NCBI GenBank assembly: GCA_036918135.1
Contig: JBALDB010000053.1
Coordinates: forward strand, 1 to 64,000
Reading direction: 5' to 3'
Length of the DNA stretch: 64,000 nt
Source: Nostoc sp.
GTDB taxonomy: Bacteria > Cyanobacteriota > Cyanobacteriia > Cyanobacteriales > Nostocaceae
Each line of letters opens with the position of its first letter. Positions within the stretch are counted from its first letter, which is position 1. This document shows positions 1 through 8,831 of the stretch, in pieces. The notes under the pieces were generated by a model. The model did no database searches. It was not told the DNA's origin and saw only the letters and a list, made by a program, of their open reading frames with translations. The translations under genes were made by a program, and so were the position numbers.

Positions 1-123
1 ACTTTCTATACCAAAAACATTTTGCTCAACGAGGGTATCCGCGCTTGGATGGCTCCTCAAGATCAGATCCACGAACAATTTGTATTCCCTGAGGAAGTTC
101 TACCTCGCGGTAATGCTCTCTAA
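1..123 (+). CDS. psbD: Photosystem II D2 protein, 3' end (monocistronic psbD2-type copy)
   Basis: Frame +1 reads [40 protein letters not shown], the D2 C-terminus. The overlapping psbC GTG start is absent (CGCGGT) and no psbC follows. Confidence 0.96.
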   Translation, partial: TFYTKNILLNEGIRAWMAPQDQIHEQFVFPEEVLPRGNAL

Positions 124-247
124 TCATAAAAGCTAACCATAACCAAAATCAGGCTTGTGGTTGGCGATATGTTAACACTACTGAGATTAAATAATCAATC
201 TCCTTGGCATCAGCCAAGCAGGTGTTAATATTTTCCATTCTCCAGTT

Positions 248-277
248 ATCTCCCACTAAAAGGTGGGAGATTTTTTC
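248..277 (+). terminator. Intrinsic terminator after psbD
   Basis: ATCTCCCAC-taaaag-GTGGGAGAT hairpin followed by a T run. Confidence 0.75.
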
Positions 278-310
278 TATTTATGGTTAATCCTCTAAAT
301 TTATGTGTTA

Positions 311-616
311 TCTTAGAAAAAGGTTATAAACCCAGAGCAAAATGCTCTGCCCTTTTGAGACTAAGACCGCTTAGGCAACAAGGAGGTGATGCCCATGATA
401 GAAAGTAGTAAAAGCATGGGTCATCAGGTTGCAGTTAGCCGGCTGTGTGCCGGGGCTGTTCTCTAAAAGTTAGCCTTAGTCATCTTGAGAAGACTAAGTT
501 AGCTCAAGTAGCTAGGCGAGCTAGGAGTTCCTTCCGGCAGTCTGGTTGCAACCTGAAGACCCGCTAGACCGCTCTGACTTAGATCACCCGATCTAAATCA
601 GAGCGGATAGTTTTTT
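311..616 (+). ncRNA. Putative structured RNA containing a small ORF
   Basis: Nested stems: 311-323/351-366, 333-349, 387-397/415-425, long-range 424-433/547-556, terminal hairpin 569-606 plus T run. Confidence 0.5.
395..466 (+). CDS. Putative 23-aa peptide MIESSKSMGHQVAVSRLCAGAVL
   Basis: Near-perfect SD AAGGAGGTGA at 380-389; ATG 395 and TAA 464-466 in frame. Confidence 0.35.
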   Translation: MIESSKSMGHQVAVSRLCAGAVL

Positions 617-631
617 ATGGGTAATTTTTAT

Positions 632-752
632 TTAAGAGAACTTTAAAAAATAAATTATCCAATTTCTGAACTGTAAGTACGACTTTTCTCCCCCTGCTAA
701 GAGTTCCCCTGCCCCCAAAACGATGGGATATCTTTTTAGTTGTCAGTCCGTA
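632..752. repeat. MITE-like dispersed element (related copies near 13748, 51024, 57232)
   Basis: Shared ends ..GAACT..AAAAAATAAATTATCC and GGGATAT.TTTTT..TT.TCAGTCC with the 13748-13845 copy. Confidence 0.55.
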
Positions 753-1076
753 ATCGCTGGTTGCTTTTGAAAACTCAGATGCCATCGCGTTATAGTTTTT
801 TCAAAAGTTGAAGAATAATTCAAAATCAATCATAGTGAAGGATTGAGACTGTTTGGTTTGTTATTAACCGCCAAATTCAAAATTTGAGTGCAGTGTTTCA
901 CAGTTTATTCAGCCGCTATTTTGAATTTAATACCCAACTGAACTTTGATGACTGGCACTTTTATTCTTTATTGCTAATAAACTGTCAGATGCCGATTCTT
1001 GTGCATGCCAAATATAAACAAGTTTGGTTTCACGCTCGCCAAGATGTAACCAACATATAGCTAGAAATTTTTCAAG

Positions 1077-1359
1077 ATGGCACAACTACTAACTGAAGCA
1101 GAAATTGAACAATCGGCAAAGCTTATTTCAGGTTGGGCAGTTGAGGGGGCAAAGTTGCAGACTATCTGTAAATTTCAGGATTTTATGCAAGCAATTGAAT
1201 TTGTCAAATAAGCTAGTGGAACCCACTGAGTCAGTAGGACATCATGCAAATATAGAGATTTCTGACAACAAAGTGAAGATTACACTGACAACACATAATG
1301 CACGGGGGTTGACACAAAATGACTTTGATCTTACCGGGGTGATTTTTGCGAGTGAGTAA
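1077..1359 (+). pseudogene. Pterin-4a-carbinolamine dehydratase (PCD/PhhB-like), frameshifted
   Basis: ATG 1077 gives MAQLLTEAEIEQ...AIEFVK* (TAA 1209-1211). The +1 frame continues NKLVEPTESVGHHANIEIS...LTTHNARGLTQNDFDL, with HHPD and THD motifs eroded. Confidence 0.85.
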
Positions 1360-1981
1360 GCGATTTCTCTTGACATGAGGTTGGACATAGCGTACGAAAC
1401 ATCGGAATATTGGAAAAATTTTAAGTGCCTTATGCCCCATAAACAACACCCATTTCAAATCCTTGATTTTTAGTTACTCGTGTACAAGCCCGATTGATTT
1501 GTACTCTTGTGTTTGTTCCAACAAGATTTAAGACGAACTTCGTTTAGCTGAGTAATTAGCTTGCAAATGGTATACAGCTTCTAACTCTCAGGGCTACATG
1601 CAACATTGGATTTCTGCTTATAAGCTACTAAGTGTCTAAAGCCTTTATGAATTTAGCTAAGTTAAAATTAATCAATGCCTGAAACTCTACTCCCTACGTG
1701 AATATATAAATGGCTGATGTGTGACAGTTATTAAGGCGATCGCTCCAATCTTGCCATCTAAACCAGATGTTTTATAATATTTTGATATAAGGATATGTTT
1801 TTGCATAAGTTAATCACATCAAATTTTAACTGCAAGTTAATCGTTTATTAGCTTTACAAAAACTAAAATCGTAATGGGGGTAACTATGCCTCATCCACAG
1901 GTTTCAATGAGATGTCGCATTTTTAAGAATTAGGTGCAACCAACCCAATTATGTATACAAGGTGTGAGGAGTAAAGAAAAG

Positions 1982-3697
1982 ATGTCTAATCTCTTATGGA
2001 AAACCTTAGTGGTTAGTCCAGCAGTTTTGGGAGCAACATTACTAGTTTCAACAACAGCAATTGCGGCTCCAAATACAACCACTGAAGTATCACCAGCTGA
2101 ACAACCAGGTGTCACTCAAGTTGCCCAACAGCCAGAAATACTGGCTCAAACAACCTTAGATCAAATTAACCGCTACAGTAACGAAGGTAACCAAAATAAC
2201 TCTGAGTCTCAAGTAACATCAGTTTCCCAATTTTCTGATGTCCAACCTACAGACTGGGCATTCCAAGCATTACAGTCTTTGGTTGAGCGCTATGGTTGTA
2301 TTGCAGGTTATCCAAATTCCACTTATCGCGGTAACCGAGCTTTGACCCGTTATGAATTTGCCGCTGGTTTGAACGCCTGTTTGGATAGAGTTAACGAATT
2401 GATTGCCACAGCAACAGCCGATCTAGTAACCAAACAAGATTTAGCTACTTTACAGCGGTTGCAAGAAGAATTTTCCGCAGAATTGGCAACCCTACGCGGT
2501 CGGGTAGATTCCTTAGAAGCGCGTACTGCTGAATTAGAAGCGAACCAATTCTCTACTACTACCAAACTAGTCGGTGAAGCTGTTTTTGCCGTTACCGATG
2601 CATTTGGAGATAACACTGGTGATGCAAACAACACTGTCTTTCAAGATCGGGTACGTTTAGACTTACAAACCAGCTTCACTGGTAGAGACATTTTACATAC
2701 CCGTCTGGCTGCTGGTAACGCTACACCCTTTACACTAGTTGACGATGCTGGTGCTGCGATCAATACAGCTGAAGGCACACAAACATTTGAAGTCAGCAGC
2801 ACTGGTAATAACAGTGTCAGAATAGACCGTTTGACTTATGAAGTTCCCATAGGGCCAGCCCAAGTTTATCTTGCAGCTAGTGGCGGACGGCACAGCCATT
2901 ATGCACCTGTGAATAATCCTTACTTTTTCGACCAAACTGACGGTGGTAATGGTGCTTTGTCTACCTTTGCTTCTGAAAGTCCCATCTATAGGATTGGTGG
3001 CGGTGCAGGTATAGCGCTCAATCTACCTTTGGGTAGAGGTGGCGGCATTCTGGGAAATAGCTCAATCACTGGGGGTTACTTAGCCTCAGAAGCCAACGAT
3101 CCTGTTTTAAGTTCAGGTCTGACTAACGGTGACTATGCTGCTTTAGGACAGTTGAACTTTAGTGTTGGCGATCGCTTAGCTTTAGCTGCAACCTATGTCC
3201 ACAGTTATAGTGGTGCAGGTGGTTTCTTGTTCAACTCGGGTAATACTACAGACGGCGATATTGTTTCAGTAGGTACTGGACAAGCTAACGTCTTAAGTGT
3301 GACAAATGGATCTTCAACTAATTCTTATGGTGTGTCTGCTGCCTTTAGACCCAGCGATAAACTATCAATTAGTGGCTTCATTTCTTACCACGATGTTACA
3401 GGTTTTGGTGCCGATGATGATTTTGAAGCTTGGAGCTACGGGGTTGGAGTAGCTTTGCCTGATTTAGGTAAAAAAGGTAACGTATTAGGTGTTTTTGCTG
3501 GTGTAGAACCCTATTCTCGTAACCGAATAGGCTTTGTTGGTAACGATCTACCTTATCACTTTGAAGGCTTCTACAAGTATCGCGTGTCAGATAATGTTTC
3601 AATCACCCCTGGTGTAATCTGGTTGACCTCTCCTGGTCAGAACAGTGCTAACGACGATGCAATTATCGGTACACTGAGAACGACTTTCACATTCTAG
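1982..3697 (+). CDS. SLH-domain outer-membrane porin (SomA/OprB/iron-uptake porin family)
   Basis: Signal peptide, SQVTSVSQFSDVQPTDWAFQAL SLH motif, coiled coil, FSTTTKL, C-terminal GTLRTTFTF. ATG 1982 preferred as start. Confidence 0.95.
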   Translation: MSNLLWKTLVVSPAVLGATLLVSTTAIAAPNTTTEVSPAEQPGVTQVAQQPEILAQTTLDQINRYSNEGNQNNSESQVTSVSQFSDVQPTDWAFQALQSLVERYGCIAGYPNSTYRGNRALTRYEFAAGLNACLDRVNELIATATADLVTKQDLATLQRLQEEFSAELATLRGRVDSLEARTAELEANQFSTTTKLVGEAVFAVTDAFGDNTGDANNTVFQDRVRLDLQTSFTGRDILHTRLAAGNATPFTLVDDAGAAINTAEGTQTFEVSSTGNNSVRIDRLTYEVPIGPAQVYLAASGGRHSHYAPVNNPYFFDQTDGGNGALSTFASESPIYRIGGGAGIALNLPLGRGGGILGNSSITGGYLASEANDPVLSSGLTNGDYAALGQLNFSVGDRLALAATYVHSYSGAGGFLFNSGNTTDGDIVSVGTGQANVLSVTNGSSTNSYGVSAAFRPSDKLSISGFISYHDVTGFGADDDFEAWSYGVGVALPDLGKKGNVLGVFAGVEPYSRNRIGFVGNDLPYHFEGFYKYRVSDNVSITPGVIWLTSPGQNSANDDAIIGTLRTTFTF

Positions 3698-3735
3698 AGT
3701 GTTGACAATCTGCTAAAAATTTAATAATTTTGCTC

Positions 3736-3760
3736 CCCGCCATTAGGCGGGGCTTTTTAT
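3736..3760 (+). terminator. Intrinsic terminator
   Basis: CCCCGCC-atta-GGCGGGG followed by CTTTTT. Confidence 0.85.
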
Positions 3761-3816
3761 TGTTAATAGCAGCAACAAATAAACCCCAGTCGTTAACCGG
3801 AGTATACTATAAAAGT

Positions 3817-3999
3817 CAGGAGTTGTAAGTTAGGAGTTGTGAGTTAAAAATAAAAAACTTCTAACTCTGCCAATTTTAGATTCTGGGTTGTACCTTTGGT
3901 GCGCTGACAGTGCAACTTGGATTTTGGATTGAAGAAAAAATCTAAAATCTAAAATCCAAAATCCAAAATTGAATGACTCCTAACTCCTAACTCCTAACT
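3817..3999. repeat. STRR heptamer tracts (AGGAGTT/AACTCCT, AAAATCY)
   Basis: Tandem AAAATCT/AAAATCC and ACTCCTA units, typical of Nostocales intergenic DNA. Confidence 0.75.
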
Positions 4000-4010
4000 T
4001 ATTATTGCTT

Positions 4011-4445
4011 GTGGAACTATCGTGTAAATCTGAATACGCAATTCTGGCTTTATTAGAGATAGCCGCCCATTATGAAAGTGGGGAACCTTTGCAAATTCGA
4101 GAAATTGCAGCACAACAAAACATACCCGATCGCTATTTGGAACAGCTACTAGCAACCTTGAGGCGTGGAGGTATAGTCAAGAGTCAGCGTGGCTCAAAAG
4201 GTGGTTATTTATTAACCAGAGAACCTCGAAAAATTTTCCTTTTGGAGATTTTAGAATGTTTAGAAGGTTTGGAGGTGAAGGCGTGTGAGGAAAACCTTAA
4301 TCCCAAAAACGTAGACAGTTCGGTTATAGAAGAAATTTGGCAAGAAGCAAGTCGCGCCGCAAACTCAGTGTTACAAAAATATACACTTCAGGATCTTTGT
4401 GAAAAACGAGATTCGCGGCGGCAGTTGGATATGTACTACATTTAG
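4011..4445 (+). CDS. Rrf2 family transcriptional regulator (CymR-like)
   Basis: YAILAL..IA..Q.IP.RYLEQLL..LRRGGIVKSQRG.KGGY wHTH motif; no IscR Cys triad; ends MYYI. Start GTG 4011 or TTG 4005. Confidence 0.92.
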   Translation: MELSCKSEYAILALLEIAAHYESGEPLQIREIAAQQNIPDRYLEQLLATLRRGGIVKSQRGSKGGYLLTREPRKIFLLEILECLEGLEVKACEENLNPKNVDSSVIEEIWQEASRAANSVLQKYTLQDLCEKRDSRRQLDMYYI

Positions 4446-4450
4446 TCAGG

Positions 4451-4850
4451 AGTCATTTGTCCTCTCTTACAAAGTTGAGGCAGTCCGTTGGCGGGGTTCC
4501 CCCGCTTAAAGGAACTGCCGTCTGTTCGGAGGAAACCTCCGCACCGTACGGGTTCGGGGGATCGCAATCGACGGAAACCGCCAAGACTGCGACCCCCTCA
4601 CCGCAGAAGCATCTACAGACTTTGCGCTTTGTCAATTGTCCTCTCCTGCAAAGTTGAGCCACTGCTCGACTAAGGTTTCCCGGCTCCTTCAGTGGCGTCT
4701 CTACTCTACGGGATGGCAAAGCCAGACGCTCGCGGACTCGGCAAATCGCTACTCTATCTCAAAAAATTTCTCTACCACACGCTTTGCGTAGTTTGCTTCT
4801 GTGTTGACGTAGCGTCTGTTAAAGAAGAAGTACGCAGTCTTACTTTTGGC
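4451..4850. repeat. Composite nested small dispersed repeats
   Basis: 4454-4523 is the near-exact reverse complement of 42460-42529; GC-rich hairpin modules. Confidence 0.85.
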
Positions 4851-4927
4851 TTTGTCGTTTGTTGCTTGTAATTATTAATCAATAACTAATAACTAATAAC
4901 TAATGACCAATGATTAAGGACTAAATT

Positions 4928-5890
4928 ATGCGAATTGCTCGTAACATTACAGAATTAGTTGGGCGTACACCCCTGATACAGTTGAACCGGATTCCGCAAA
5001 CTGAAGGGTGTGTTGCTCAAATTGTGGTGAAACTAGAAAGTATGAACCCATCGGCATCAGTTAAAGACCGAATTGGGGTAAGTATGATCGCTGCCGCCGA
5101 AGAGGAAGGGCTAATTACTCCTCTTAAGACAGTATTGGTAGAACCCACCTCTGGAAATACTGGAATTGCTTTGGCAATGGCAGCAGCAGCTTTGGGTTAC
5201 CGCTTAATTTTGACAATGCCAGAGACCATGAGTGGAGAGCGACGGGCAATGTTGCGGGCTTACGGAGCCGAACTGGAACTAACACCAGGAATGGAAGGCA
5301 TGAGTGGGGCAATTAGCCGAGCGCAGCAGATAGTTAATAGTATGCCAAATACTTATATGTTGCAGCAATTCCGCAATCCAGCCAATGCAAAAATACATCG
5401 AGAAGCTACAGCAGAGGAAATCTGGGAAGATACTGACGGACAAGTAGATATGATTGTAGCAGGAGTCGGTACAGGTGGTACGATTGCTGGTGTAGCAGAA
5501 GTGATTAAAGCACGCAAACCTGACGCTAAGGCGATCGCTGTCGAACCTGCTAATAGCCCAGTTTTATCTGGAGGACGACCAGGGGCGCACAAAATCCAGG
5601 GAATTGGCGCTGGGTTTATTCCCCAAGTGCTAAAGCTAAAATTAATAGATGAAGTGATTACCGTCACTGATGAAGAAGCGATTGCCTACAGTCGGCGTTT
5701 GGCAAAAGAAGAAGGGCTACTATCTGGAATTTCCAGTGGAGCAGCTTTATGTGCAGCAATTCGCGTTGCTCAACGTCAACAAAATCAAGGACGTTTAATT
5801 GTAATGATTCAGCCTAGTTTTGGAGAAAGGTATTTAAGTACACCGTTGTTCCAAGACTTGGAGACCAAGTTAACCGCTAGCGTCAGCTAA
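4928..5890 (+). CDS. cysK: Cysteine synthase A
   Basis: SVKDRIG PLP lysine, [29 protein letters not shown]. Confidence 0.97.
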   Translation: MRIARNITELVGRTPLIQLNRIPQTEGCVAQIVVKLESMNPSASVKDRIGVSMIAAAEEEGLITPLKTVLVEPTSGNTGIALAMAAAALGYRLILTMPETMSGERRAMLRAYGAELELTPGMEGMSGAISRAQQIVNSMPNTYMLQQFRNPANAKIHREATAEEIWEDTDGQVDMIVAGVGTGGTIAGVAEVIKARKPDAKAIAVEPANSPVLSGGRPGAHKIQGIGAGFIPQVLKLKLIDEVITVTDEEAIAYSRRLAKEEGLLSGISSGAALCAAIRVAQRQQNQGRLIVMIQPSFGERYLSTPLFQDLETKLTASVS

Positions 5891-5905
5891 CGATAAATTG
5901 AATTA

Positions 5906-6607
5906 ATGGTCAATTCTAAACACGTTTCTAACCATTACGAAACTCTCAAAGTTAGTCCGAATGCTAGCCAAGCGGAGATTAAACAAGCTTATCGCCGCTT
6001 GGTGAAGTTGTTTCATCCTGACAGTAACCAGAAAACAGCTGACCAAGAGCAGATTATTCGCATTAATGCAGCCTATGAAGTTTTAGGCGACAACCAAAAT
6101 CGCCGCAATTACGACCAACAACTGCAAGATAAATCTCAAAAATTAGGTAGCGATCGCCAACAGCGTACAGCATCAGCGCAAAAACATTACCAAGCAACAC
6201 GCAAAACAGGGCGGGATGCTGATGAGCAAGTCGAGGAATGGCTGCGTCGAGTTTATCAACCAGTAAATCGCCTGCTTTGTACCATTCTTTATTCTCTAGA
6301 AGAACAAATGGAGCAATTAGCTGCCGATCCCTTTGACGATGAGTTATTAGATGAATTTCAGGAATACTTAAAAACTTGTCGAGAGGACTTGAAGCAGGCA
6401 CAAATTACTTTTCGCTCCCTCCCCAATCCCCCCAGTCTGGCAAGAACAGCAGCTCACCTTTACTACAGCCTCGACCGAGTAGCAGATGGACTCGATGAGT
6501 TAGGTTACTTTCCTTTAAATTACGATGAGCGTTATTTGCATACAGGTCATGAATTATTCCGCATAGCTACGAGATTACACTGTGAAGCACAAGTATCTGT
6601 AGGTTAA
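5906..6607 (+). CDS. J-domain (DnaJ class C) protein
   Basis: HYETLKV..AS..EIKQAYRRLVKLFHPD...INAAYEVL. Confidence 0.92.
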   Translation: MVNSKHVSNHYETLKVSPNASQAEIKQAYRRLVKLFHPDSNQKTADQEQIIRINAAYEVLGDNQNRRNYDQQLQDKSQKLGSDRQQRTASAQKHYQATRKTGRDADEQVEEWLRRVYQPVNRLLCTILYSLEEQMEQLAADPFDDELLDEFQEYLKTCREDLKQAQITFRSLPNPPSLARTAAHLYYSLDRVADGLDELGYFPLNYDERYLHTGHELFRIATRLHCEAQVSVG

Positions 6608-6669
6608 TGGGCATGAGGGAGCCAGTGCGATCCTGTCGCCTTGCGTCGGAAATAAACTGGCATCATTAG

Positions 6670-6800
6670 GCACTTCTACTGAGCAACTCGCCCTGATTTG
6701 TGCCGAGCAAAGCCGAAGTAGCGTAGTCGTATCCCTGCTCTTAAGCAAGCTAGCAAGAGCGTCCCGTAGGGAAGGGAGCCGAAGTATTGCTCATTGACAA
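6670..6800. repeat. Nested small dispersed repeat (copy at 42243-42345)
   Basis: CCCTGCTCTTAAGCAAGCTAGCAAGAGCGTCCCGTAGGGAAGGGAG shared with 42278-42324. Confidence 0.85.
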
Positions 6801-6874
6801 AGGACAAACAGATTTAGTTTCTGCTCACAAGAGTGGAAGGTTAAAAAAGTTAAACTTTTGTGTCTAATATACTT

Positions 6875-8143
6875 ATGAAATGCATTATTAATCGCCGCGC
6901 TCAGTTTTCGGCTACTCATCGCTATTGGTTATCAGAACTGAGTGAAGCTAAGAATATTGAGAAATTTAGTGCTAGAGCAAAATTTCCTGGACAGGGGCAT
7001 GACTATGTCTTATTTATCTCGCTTGGTGGAGAATTGAATGAATATGGCATGGTGTTGAATTTATCAGACGTAAAACATGTCATTCAGCGAGAAATTACGA
7101 ACGAACTGGACTTTTCCGATCTCAACGAGGTGTGGGCAGATTTTCAAGAAACTCTACCTACAACTGAGAATATTGCACGCATAATCTGGCAACGGCTAGC
7201 ATCGCACTTACCTTTAGTCCGCGTCCAGTTGTTTGAACATTCTCAACTTTGGGCAGATTATATGGGAGAGGGAATGGAAGCCGATCTCACTATTAGCACT
7301 CACTTTAGTGCCGCCCATAGGTTAGCTCCTAACATCAGTCCAGAGAAATATGGTAAATGCACGCGTACTCACGGACATAACTATCATCTAGAAGTCACTG
7401 TGAAAGGCAAAATAGACCCATGCACTGGCATGATTGTAGATGTAGATGCCTTGAAGCGAGTAGTGGAAGATTATGCAGTGGAGCCATTGGATCACTGCTA
7501 TTTAAACAAAGACATTCCCTACTTCGCCGAGATTGTTCCCACTACTGAAAATATTTCACTTTACATTAATAATTTACTGACTTCACCTATCCAGAAATTG
7601 GGCGTCGAACTGTACAAAGTTAGGTTGTTTGAAAGTCATGAAGTTTGGGCAGATTATGCCAAAAACGGAACGGAAACTTATTTCAGCGTCAGTACTTACT
7701 TTAGCGCCGCCCATCGACTCGCTGACCTCAGCCTTAGTCAAGAAAAAAATACCGAGATTTATGGTAAGTGTGCGCGTCCCCACGGTCACGGACACAACTA
7801 TTACCTGGAAGTTACTGTCAAAGGACAGATTGACCCAACTACTGGGATGATTGTTGATTTAGGTGCTTTGAATCAGATAATAAAAGATTATGTGGTAGAA
7901 CCATTCGACCACACTTTTATCAACGAAGACATTCCTTACTTTGCCAAAGTTGTACCTACTAGTGAGAATATCGCACTTTACATTAGTAACTTACTGCGAT
8001 CGCCCATTCAGGAATTAGGAGCTCAGCTTTACAAAGTTAAACTATTTGAAAGTCCTAATAACTCCTGCGAAATTTACTGTACTGAGTCTGAGTCAAATTC
8101 AATTAGTGCAGCTGTGACTCAGCCAGTATTAGCACGGGTTTAG
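6875..8143 (+). CDS. 6-carboxytetrahydropterin / 6-pyruvoyl-tetrahydropterin synthase family protein with three tandem T-fold domains
   Basis: Three repeats of FSA.HR ... (H)GH.Y ... GM..DL ... D(H) ... PT.ENI ... LFE. Confidence 0.9.
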   Translation: MKCIINRRAQFSATHRYWLSELSEAKNIEKFSARAKFPGQGHDYVLFISLGGELNEYGMVLNLSDVKHVIQREITNELDFSDLNEVWADFQETLPTTENIARIIWQRLASHLPLVRVQLFEHSQLWADYMGEGMEADLTISTHFSAAHRLAPNISPEKYGKCTRTHGHNYHLEVTVKGKIDPCTGMIVDVDALKRVVEDYAVEPLDHCYLNKDIPYFAEIVPTTENISLYINNLLTSPIQKLGVELYKVRLFESHEVWADYAKNGTETYFSVSTYFSAAHRLADLSLSQEKNTEIYGKCARPHGHGHNYYLEVTVKGQIDPTTGMIVDLGALNQIIKDYVVEPFDHTFINEDIPYFAKVVPTSENIALYISNLLRSPIQELGAQLYKVKLFESPNNSCEIYCTESESNSISAAVTQPVLARV

Positions 8144-8241
8144 GTAATTGGGCATTGGGAGTGCCTAGTGCTGAGTTAGGAATTCTCCCCTCTGTGTGCC
8201 TCTGTAGTTCTTATCTCCCTTATCCCATACTCAATGCCCAG

Positions 8242-8799
8242 CTAGAAAAGTTTACTTACTAAGCAGTTAAAACTAAGTAGCAAAGGACTTGTCAATTCAT
8301 CTTGACTAAATAAAGTAACTGCTAGCTTTAATGCAGCTTGTTCGCGACGATAAACTTCAACTTTTTTCTGTATGGAGTTGCAAATCCAATATTCTTGAAC
8401 TCCTTGCACCGAGTACAGCTTGAGTTTCGATTCCTTATCACGTTTCTCGTTTTTTTCGCCAGGAGATAAAACCTCTACTATTAACTCCGGTGCGCCTGTG
8501 AGGTGTCCAGCTTCATCTAGCAAGAGTTTTAAGCGTTCATGACTTGCCCATACTACATCTGGGATCACATTGTCAGCATCGGAGAAAATAATTCCAGGAG
8601 CGATCGCTACCTCACCTAAACCAGTTTCATCTGACCAATTCTTGAGAACTGTAGCTATATTGGCGCAGCTCGTTTGATGAACCCAGTTAGGCGCTTTGGT
8701 CACAAATAATTCTCCATCAATAATCTCATAGCGATTTCTGCGATCGCCAGCAAATAGCTCTAGGTCAGCAGTTGTCCAACGCACTGGAGTTGTTTGCAT
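8242..8799 (-). CDS. Uma2 family (DUF820) endonuclease
   Basis: RYEIIDGEL, P..HQ, PDV, APELIVEVLSP, K..LY...GV.EYWI. Confidence 0.93.
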   Translation of the reverse strand: MQTTPVRWTTADLELFAGDRRNRYEIIDGELFVTKAPNWVHQTSCANIATVLKNWSDETGLGEVAIAPGIIFSDADNVIPDVVWASHERLKLLLDEAGHLTGAPELIVEVLSPGEKNEKRDKESKLKLYSVQGVQEYWICNSIQKKVEVYRREQAALKLAVTLFSQDELTSPLLLSFNCLVSKLF

Positions 8800-8831
8800 A
8801 GAAACCCCCTAGCATTTTTCTAAATCATATT

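Noticed and set aside
4453..4719. Several short ORFs on both strands between rrf2 and cysK
   Set aside because: They lie in GC-rich nested repeat DNA duplicated at 42.4 kb and show no protein motifs.
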